DNA of 64,000 bases from Vulcanimicrobiota bacterium (lineage in GTDB: Bacteria; Vulcanimicrobiota; Vulcanimicrobiia; Vulcanimicrobiales; Vulcanimicrobiaceae). Positions 22,879-29,504 of this stretch are shown one piece after another. Each line of letters starts with the position of its first letter. Within the stretch, counting starts at the first letter, position 1. The translations under genes were made by a program, and so were the position numbers. Location of the stretch: contig CAWGBN010000002.1 in assembly GCA_963820825.1 (NCBI GenBank), positions 256,001-320,000 on the forward strand, written 5' to 3'. Below the pieces are notes generated by a model, which saw only the letters and a program-made list of their open reading frames with translations, did no database searches and was not told the origin of the DNA.

Positions 22879-24432
22879 TTAATGGCCGACGCCGGATAAA
22901 TGCCCGCGCGCCGCCGCTTCCGCAACTAACGCCGCACGATTGTTTACACCATAGGCTCGGAATACGGCCTTCAGATGATTCCTAACCGTATGCTGGCTTA
23001 GACCAAGTTCAGAAGCAATTTCGGCAGTAGTCATCTTGCGGCAGAGCATGCCGAAGACTTTACTCTGCATGGGCGGCAACTTAACGGGTGGATTCGACGC
23101 CGCCGACGCCCGATCGCGAAGCTCGCGGGCGAGCCACGATTGGGGGAACGCCTCGAGCTTGTCCTCGGCGAGGTGGCGCCAGCGCTCCTTCTTCGTCACT
23201 TCAAATAACCTGATCGCCGTACGCGCGGCACGCCAATCGAAGCCGATCCGGTCGAAAATAACCCACGCAGCGCGCAAGACCTCTTCAGCGCCGGCGCCTT
23301 TGCCGGACATCCGAACGACGCCCTCGGTGTACGCGGCATAGGCTTCGAGGCGATGGTCGAAGGCGAAAAGATGCAGCGGCGAGCGGATCCGGTCGAGTCC
23401 TTTATACCGCGCGAGATAGTACCGCCCTCGCTCCGGGTCGATCTCGACCGTGGCTCTGGCGAGGAGGAGCAAAGCCAGTCGCTCCTCGCCGGCCAAGGCG
23501 TTCCAATCGATTCGCTCGGCGACGTTCTCGGCCTGAGCGATTTCGTCGAGTGCCCAGTTCTGCTCCCCGACGATGCGCGCGAAGTACGCGCGATCCAGCA
23601 ATAGGATTACCCTGAAGGCGTCGCTAGGGATCCGGCGCTCCGCGGCGCGCAGATACCGAAAGCATCCCAGCATATCGCCGCGCAACGCGCACGACCAACC
23701 GACGGTGACGAGCGCCTGGAATCGCTGCGTCGTAAAGTCTTCCGGCCACTCGATGGGCTGATCCACCTCGCTTCGCGCTAGCGCTACGGCTTCGTCGAAG
23801 GCAAGTTCGCGTCCGAGCAGCGCGAGGTTTTGAACGGCGTGAAACCACTCTTCACGATACTGCTCGCGGTGTTTTCCGATCAAACCGATCGCCTTAATTA
23901 ACGATTGCGCCGCCTCACGATAGCGCTCTTCATGGCAGTGGATGAACGAACGCAGCAGCTCGTTGGAAACTTTTGTCGCGTGCGACTTCTCGCGAGCCAT
24001 TTCGGCCGTAAGGCGCCATGCTTCATCGGTACGGCCCTCGAGCATCTGACGTCGGGCGATGTGGTAGGTGAGTTGGGCCCGATCGGCTGCCGAAGACAGC
24101 GTGCGCTCCGCTTGAGCGAAGTGCTCGTCGGCGCGCTCAAAATCATGCATTCGCGAGTAGCCGACGCCGAGGAGCATCGCCCACTTCCCGCGCTGGCCGG
24201 CGGGGCGCCCCTTCGGAGGACGCCGGATGAGAAACGCTACGGCGCGGTTTTCGTCGTGCTTGAGCAGAATTCGGGCTCGTAGCAGGTCGTCTTCATAGGT
24301 CGTGGCCGCGCCATCCGAAACGGCGGCGTCGTAGGCATCTCCTGCAGCGAGGAATTCGGCATTGGCGTAGTGACTGAGCATCGCATCGCGCCACTCCCGC
24401 ACCCCAGCTTGCTTCTTTGGCATAGCCGTCAT
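22879..24432 (-). CDS. TPR-like helical-repeat protein with a C-terminal LuxR-type HTH (transcription regulator)
   Basis: C-terminal TTAEIASELGLSQHTVRNHLKAVFRAYGVNNRAALV; helical TPR-like body (e.g. LLGVGYSRMHDFERADEHFAQA); no receiver domain or Walker A. Start ATG 24432 or 24423. Confidence 0.85.
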   Translation of the reverse strand: MTAMPKKQAGVREWRDAMLSHYANAEFLAAGDAYDAAVSDGAATTYEDDLLRARILLKHDENRAVAFLIRRPPKGRPAGQRGKWAMLLGVGYSRMHDFERADEHFAQAERTLSSAADRAQLTYHIARRQMLEGRTDEAWRLTAEMAREKSHATKVSNELLRSFIHCHEERYREAAQSLIKAIGLIGKHREQYREEWFHAVQNLALLGRELAFDEAVALARSEVDQPIEWPEDFTTQRFQALVTVGWSCALRGDMLGCFRYLRAAERRIPSDAFRVILLLDRAYFARIVGEQNWALDEIAQAENVAERIDWNALAGEERLALLLLARATVEIDPERGRYYLARYKGLDRIRSPLHLFAFDHRLEAYAAYTEGVVRMSGKGAGAEEVLRAAWVIFDRIGFDWRAARTAIRLFEVTKKERWRHLAEDKLEAFPQSWLARELRDRASAASNPPVKLPPMQSKVFGMLCRKMTTAEIASELGLSQHTVRNHLKAVFRAYGVNNRAALVAEAAARGHLSGVGH

Positions 24433-24478
24433 GATTAGGCGGCGGGGGGCAAGCCCCCGCCGCCGCCTCGATTTGCCG

Positions 24479-24679
24479 CTAGTGGCCTCCTCCTCCGCCG
24501 GTTCCCTCTCCCGGCATCGTGCCACCGCCTCCGTCGGTTGGGCCGGGCATCGTTCCGCCGGCGCCGTCCATCGGTCCGGCGATTGCGCCGCCGGCCGCGT
24601 GAATCGAAGCGCCGGAACCTCCGGAGAATCCGGTTAAGAATCCAAATAGCAGTGCGAGCCCGTGAAGAAACAGGAACAT
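24479..24679 (-). CDS. 66-aa putative exported Gly-rich peptide with a repeated P-x-DG-x-GGTMPG core
   Basis: SD AAAGGA 9 nt before ATG; MFLFLHGLALLFGFLTGF hydrophobic leader; GPMDGAGGTMP / GPTDGGGGTMP tandem repeat. Confidence 0.72.
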   Translation of the reverse strand: MFLFLHGLALLFGFLTGFSGGSGASIHAAGGAIAGPMDGAGGTMPGPTDGGGGTMPGEGTGGGGGH

Positions 24680-24721
24680 CGGGACTGTCCTTTCTGCCGC
24701 ACAAGCCACGGCAAGTACCAA

Positions 24722-24733
24722 TGAGCTAGCTCA
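24722..24733. promoter_or_regulatory. perfect 12-bp palindrome TGAGCTAGCTCA, candidate operator
   Basis: About 43 nt upstream of the peptide ATG; the AGCTAGCT core recurs at 20636-20643. Confidence 0.4.
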
Positions 24734-24818
24734 ATCGGCCAGCTTACTTGGATTATCGGACAGTTTAGGGGGCGGTCAATAGGGACAGGGGGTTACTTCG
24801 TCGCTTTCTTGAGCGTTC

Positions 24819-24895
24819 GTCCATCGACTGCGGCGTTGCGCGCCTGCGCTCAGGATGACAAAGTGGGGGCGCTTCGCTCAGGATGACAAGGTGGG
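24819..24895 (-). repeat. REP-like element plus a partial tandem copy
   Basis: Reverse complement of 24819-24860 is TGTCATCCTGAGCGCAG-hairpin-GCAGTCGATGGAC; CGCTCAGGATGACAA(A/G)GTGGG occurs at 24847 and 24875. Confidence 0.75.
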
Positions 24896-26137
24896 CGTCA
24901 GTTTGCGGGCGAGCAGCGTCAGAACGCGGGGCCAAGCGTAGCGTTTCGCCGTTGCTGCGCCGCCGTCGCGGATCGCCGAAGCGAGTTTTCGGTTAGCGAT
25001 CAGTTCCGACAAATATATCGCAAGCTCGTGCGGATCGGCGGTGTCGCAGACGATCGCGTTGTCGAAGGGCTGCACGTAATCTTCGCCGGTCGAGCCGGTC
25101 ACGGCGATGCCGCCGGCGGCCATCACCTCGAGTCCGACGAGCCCAAAGGGTTCGCGTCCGCTGTTGGCCAGCACGCCGTCGGCGATGCAGTAGAGCGCGA
25201 GGAGCGCCTCCTCCGGTACGAAGCTGCGGACGTTGAGCACGTTGCCGGATGCCGATGCGATCGCGGCGATTGCATCGCGCGGATCGCGCGAGGCAAGCGC
25301 GAGATCCCGCACGTCCAACCCAAGATCGCGCGCGTGCGCAAAGATCGCGTCGCCGTAGGCTTCGCGACCACCTCGCACCACCAGCGCCGCATCCTGATGC
25401 TCGGCCGCAATCGCGGCAAAGGCCTCGATCGCCTGCATCCAGCGCTTCTCTTCTTCGAAACGCGCGACTTTGACGTAGAGCGGGCGGCGCTGCCGCCACA
25501 CCTTCTCCGCGAATCGCACCAGTTTCTTCGGCGCGCCGTCGAGCAGTCGCTGCGGAATGCCGTTCGGAATGACGAGCGATTCGACGCCGCGTAGTTGCAG
25601 CTCGAACTTCATATAGCGGCTGACCGTCGTGATCTGCGCGGCGCGCGCGAGCGCATCCCAGTCGATCGTATCGAAGCCGTAGGTGTTGTTCGCGTTCCAC
25701 GTCAGAACCGCGCGATCGCGCAGGCCGCGCTCGCGCAACCGCGCGTCGAGCGCGATCGCGGCCGGGGCGGTCTGCCAATCTTCGGCGATGACCAGCACCG
25801 CTTCGCCGCGCGCGGCTGCCGGCTCGACGATCGTCTCGACGACAAACGGCGGCACGCTAGCCGTAAAGTCATTCATCTTCGCGATCTCGCCATCGTAGAC
25901 GCTGCCGGGGTAGTAGGCCGAAATCCACTGGCACCAACGGCGATATTCGAGATTCGGCGAGAGCCGCTCGACCGGCGCGCTCGTCGGATCGCCGACGAAG
26001 AGCAGGGTCGTGCAAACGCCCGCTTGAGCGAGCGCGCCGCTGAGCTCGGTAACTCGGGTGCCGAGTCCACCGACCATCGAGTACCGGTCGGGTCCTTCGA
26101 ACGAGAGCAACACCGCATTGCGCGGCAATGGAGTCAT
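24878..26137 (-). CDS. glycosyltransferase family 4
   Basis: VGGLG, IPNGI, ARFEEEKR, EPFGLVGLEVMAAG motifs. Confidence 0.88.
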   Translation of the reverse strand: MTPLPRNAVLLSFEGPDRYSMVGGLGTRVTELSGALAQAGVCTTLLFVGDPTSAPVERLSPNLEYRRWCQWISAYYPGSVYDGEIAKMNDFTASVPPFVVETIVEPAAARGEAVLVIAEDWQTAPAAIALDARLRERGLRDRAVLTWNANNTYGFDTIDWDALARAAQITTVSRYMKFELQLRGVESLVIPNGIPQRLLDGAPKKLVRFAEKVWRQRRPLYVKVARFEEEKRWMQAIEAFAAIAAEHQDAALVVRGGREAYGDAIFAHARDLGLDVRDLALASRDPRDAIAAIASASGNVLNVRSFVPEEALLALYCIADGVLANSGREPFGLVGLEVMAAGGIAVTGSTGEDYVQPFDNAIVCDTADPHELAIYLSELIANRKLASAIRDGGAATAKRYAWPRVLTLLARKLTPTLSS

Positions 26138-26235
26138 CCGCCCGCTCTTTGCCGAATCGAACCGGTGAATCCCGCAGTTCGACGCGAGCGTGCGATTGGA
26201 GCGCAAAAGTACCGCCGATTAAGGGTAAGACTGCA

Positions 26236-26868
26236 ATGATGCACGTTCCAAAGGGCGCCATGGCCGGCGGCGCGTCGTTCGTATTCTTCGCGCTGGCATC
26301 GCCGGTCGCGGGCAGCACGGGATCTACGGCCGCCTCACCTCCCCAAGAGAGCGCTCCTCCCCCGGGCTACACCTTCCGGCTCGACGTCGCCATGGCGATG
26401 CGCCACTTTCCCTGGCTTCACTTCCACCTCGAAGGCGCCGGCGTCTACGATCCGGGCGAGAGCTACGTCGTGCACTTCACGTCGGTTCCGTGGTTTGCTC
26501 CGCGAAAGCAGCACGATGCCGACCTTTCGATGCTCGATCCGTGGATGTGGCCGAAGCATTATACGTTTCAAGAGGTCGGTGAAGCCAACGGCAACCGGCT
26601 CTTCGAACTGCACGCAATCAACGACCCGACGCTGCGCAGCGCAACTGTCGCGATCGGTCCTCGCGGGAAGGCGCGCCAAGTCGATGCGAGCTACACCGAC
26701 GGCACGCACATCGAAACCCGCGTAACCTCAAGCGACGTCGACGGCTTCTTTCTGCCCGCGACCATAAGCGCCGATATCGACGAGCCGCATATGGCGCTGT
26801 CGGCCAACGCAGACTTCACGAATTATGCGTTCGGTAACGCGCCGGCGCCCAATAGCCCATTACGGTGA
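26236..26868 (+). CDS. secreted hypothetical protein
   Basis: Hydrophobic N-terminus, beta-rich body; GTGA overlap with the next gene; start uncertain. Confidence 0.7.
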   Translation: MMHVPKGAMAGGASFVFFALASPVAGSTGSTAASPPQESAPPPGYTFRLDVAMAMRHFPWLHFHLEGAGVYDPGESYVVHFTSVPWFAPRKQHDADLSMLDPWMWPKHYTFQEVGEANGNRLFELHAINDPTLRSATVAIGPRGKARQVDASYTDGTHIETRVTSSDVDGFFLPATISADIDEPHMALSANADFTNYAFGNAPAPNSPLR

Positions 26869-27236
26869 GCGAGCTCGCGCAGCGCGCCTGCGTCCCATGC
26901 CGTGGCGGCGTGCCGCCGCTGACCGATGAGCAGATCGCGCCGCTGCTCGCACAACTCGACTCAGGATGGCGCGTCGTCGAACGCAGCGATCCCAAACGCG
27001 GGCCGATCAAGATTCTCACCTGCACGTTTACGTTTCAGAACTTCGCGCGAGCGATGGAGGCGGCGCAGCGAATCGGCGAGACGGCCGAGGAGCAACAGCA
27101 TCATCCCGACCTGCACGTCGCTTGGGGACGGCTCGTCGTCGACGTATGGACGCATAAGATCGGCGGATTGACCGAGAGCGATTTTGTCTTCGCCGCCAAG
27201 TGCGACGCGCTGCTCAAAGAGCGGGCGCAAAACTAA
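26865..27236 (+). CDS. phhB: pterin-4-alpha-carbinolamine dehydratase
   Basis: CVPCRGGVPPL, AEEQQHHPDL, WTHKIGGLTESDFVFAAKCD. Confidence 0.92.
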   Translation: MSELAQRACVPCRGGVPPLTDEQIAPLLAQLDSGWRVVERSDPKRGPIKILTCTFTFQNFARAMEAAQRIGETAEEQQHHPDLHVAWGRLVVDVWTHKIGGLTESDFVFAAKCDALLKERAQN

Positions 27237-27266
27237 AAGAGGAGACCGGCTCGCACCGATCCCCTC
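27235..27266 (-). terminator. intrinsic terminator oriented on the minus strand
   Basis: Minus strand GAGGGGATCGG-TGCGAG-CCGGTCTCCTC-TTTT pairs fully (with G-U) only in this orientation. Confidence 0.6.
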
Positions 27267-27424
27267 CCCTCGCTACCACGGGCCTTGGCAAGTCCGTGAT
27301 GCGGCCTTAATAATACGACACAATTCCGCCGGGACTCTGCTCCCCGCGTGCCGGGGGCGCCGCGAAGCAAGCAACCAAGCTGGCATAGCAGGGAATTTAG
27401 GACCACCTAAGTATATTGTGAGGC

Positions 27425-28540
27425 GTGCTTAAGTGGACGCCGCTTTGGCTTCTCCTCCTGCTCGCCGTGCAGCGGCCAGTCGCCGTGCCGGCGATTCCGC
27501 TCTTCGCGCACCAATACGGGGTAACGTGCGCGAAGTGCCACTCGGTCATTCCGCACCTCAACGAATTCGGCGCCGCTTTCTTGGCATACGGCGAGCGCTT
27601 TCCGGGGATATCGTCAGGTCCGGCATTCCCGCTCTCGGTGAAAGTCAACGCGGTCGACTCGAGCGAGTATCAAGGCGAGGGAACCGACGGCCAGGGGCTT
27701 CCCAAAGCGATCGTCGACGAAGTCGAAGCCTTCACCTCGGCGACGATCGGCTCGCGCGCCAACTTCTTCGTCGAGCAGTACGTCGTCGACGGCGGCGAGC
27801 CCGGGTTGCTGCGCGATGCCTGGATCAACGATCGCGTCAATCCCTGGAACGCGCGGATTCCGGCCTATTTGCAAGGCGGGCAGTTCACGCTGCCGCTCCC
27901 GGTCGATCCCGAGACGTTTCGCGACACCTATCAGGAGTACACGCCGTACGCGCAGACGGTCGGCGCGAATCCGTTCGACTTCTTCGACCCCGCGATGGGC
28001 GCGCGGCTCGGTGTCGGCGATCCGTTGCGCGGTCTGAGCGGGCAACTCTTCGCCGGACCTGGATATACGCGCCAGAGCGGACTTGCCGTCACGGGCGTCG
28101 ACACCGAAGTTTACGCACAAGATGCGATGGGCCCGTTCACGCTCAGTGCCCTTCGCTACGACGGCCTGCGTCCGGTGGCAGGCGGCCCGAACGATCGCTT
28201 CGAGCGCACCGCCATCGGCTTGACCTACGGCCAGTGGTCGCGCTTCTCGAGCGAGTTTGTGTTGATCAACGGCTGGGATGCAAACTGCGCGACTCCGGGA
28301 TTCACCGGCTGCAGGTCGAGCGGCGGCTTCGAGCAACTGCGCTACGCGTTCAACCGCCGGCTCTTCGCCGAAGCGCGTTACGAGGGGACGAACGATCCGA
28401 CGAATGGCTTTACGCGCGACGGCGTGATCCTGCTCGGCTACGGCCCGACCGAAAACACGCGTTTGACGATTGAAGATGTGATCGCGCATTCGCCCCAGAC
28501 GACCAACACGATGAATCTTCAGCTCACTTTCGCCTATTAG
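27425..28540 (+). CDS. monoheme cytochrome c fused to a putative outer-membrane beta-barrel (Cyc2-like N-terminus)
   Basis: Signal peptide, AIPLFAHQYGVTCAKCHSVIPHLNEFG (CxxCH), terminal aromatic QLTFAY. Confidence 0.75.
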   Translation: MLKWTPLWLLLLLAVQRPVAVPAIPLFAHQYGVTCAKCHSVIPHLNEFGAAFLAYGERFPGISSGPAFPLSVKVNAVDSSEYQGEGTDGQGLPKAIVDEVEAFTSATIGSRANFFVEQYVVDGGEPGLLRDAWINDRVNPWNARIPAYLQGGQFTLPLPVDPETFRDTYQEYTPYAQTVGANPFDFFDPAMGARLGVGDPLRGLSGQLFAGPGYTRQSGLAVTGVDTEVYAQDAMGPFTLSALRYDGLRPVAGGPNDRFERTAIGLTYGQWSRFSSEFVLINGWDANCATPGFTGCRSSGGFEQLRYAFNRRLFAEARYEGTNDPTNGFTRDGVILLGYGPTENTRLTIEDVIAHSPQTTNTMNLQLTFAY

Positions 28541-28542
28541 CG

Positions 28543-29085
28543 ATGAAGTCTACCGTCGCCGCGCTGCTCCTCGCTTCGACGCTCGCATCTGCGCCTGCGC
28601 AACCGCGTGCAATCGACGCCGCCCGCTCGCGCGCAGCGTTCAGCGTCTCCCACATTTGGGTCGAGCACGTGACCGGCAGCGTGCCGATTCTCTCCGGGAC
28701 GGTCACGCTCGCGGAGGACTCGATGATTCCGACCGCTGCCACGGCCGTGCTCGATGCGACGCAGATCGCGACCGGCGAGCCCGATCGCGACCGCTCGCTC
28801 GAGTCTGCGGACTTCTTCGACGTTGCGAAGTTTCCACGCTGGAGCTTCAGCAGCACGAAGGTCGTGGCGCGAAGCACCACCGCCTTCGAGATGGACGGCA
28901 ACCTTACCATCCACGGAGTCGCGCAGCCCGAAAAACTCGACGTAACGGCCAGCGGAACACCGGCACATCCGGTCTATCACGCGACCGCGCAGGTCGACCG
29001 TCACGCCTTCGGCATGGCGACGACGCGTCTCGATCCGACGATCGGCGGCACCGTCGACGTCACGCTCGACATCGTGCTGCAGTAA
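28543..29085 (+). CDS. YceI-family lipid/polyisoprenoid-binding protein
   Basis: S..FSVSH, IATGEPDRDRSL.SADFFDVAKFP, GNLTIHGV, DRHAFG. Confidence 0.9.
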   Translation: MKSTVAALLLASTLASAPAQPRAIDAARSRAAFSVSHIWVEHVTGSVPILSGTVTLAEDSMIPTAATAVLDATQIATGEPDRDRSLESADFFDVAKFPRWSFSSTKVVARSTTAFEMDGNLTIHGVAQPEKLDVTASGTPAHPVYHATAQVDRHAFGMATTRLDPTIGGTVDVTLDIVLQ

Positions 29086-29117
29086 CCGATGAAAAATGCG
29101 TCGTACATCTTGCAGGT

Positions 29118-29504
29118 ATGAACCCACCGGCGACGATTACAACGAGCGCCTATTCCTATACCGAAACCCTCGCTCGCCTCTCGGCCGCGATCACCGGTGC
29201 GAGCAATACAGTCTTCGCCAGGATCGATCAATCCGCCGCGGCCAGCTCTGTCGGATTGAATCTGCGTCCGACGACGCTCATCATCTTCGGCAATCCGAAA
29301 AGCGGAACGCCGCTGATGGATACCTATCCGCTGGTCGCGCTCGACCTTCCGCTCAAAATTCTCATTTGGGAAGAGCCTGACGGCGTCAAAGTCGCCTACG
29401 TGCCGATCTCGACAGTCGCCGCGCGCTACGGCGTCACCGGCATGGAGGCGCGAATCTCCGCGATGGACGGCGCACTCGAATCACTGCTTCAGAGCGTCGT
29501 CTAA
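29118..29504 (+). CDS. DUF302 family protein
   Basis: VFARIDQ..A..VGL.LRPTTLIIFGNPKSGTPLM..ALDLPLKILIWE. Confidence 0.88.
   Translation: MNPPATITTSAYSYTETLARLSAAITGASNTVFARIDQSAAASSVGLNLRPTTLIIFGNPKSGTPLMDTYPLVALDLPLKILIWEEPDGVKVAYVPISTVAARYGVTGMEARISAMDGALESLLQSVV

Noticed and set aside
24479..24679. The Gly-rich peptide as a RiPP/lasso/bacteriocin precursor
   Set aside because: No modifying enzyme, peptidase-ABC exporter or immunity gene is adjacent; the neighbour is a regulator
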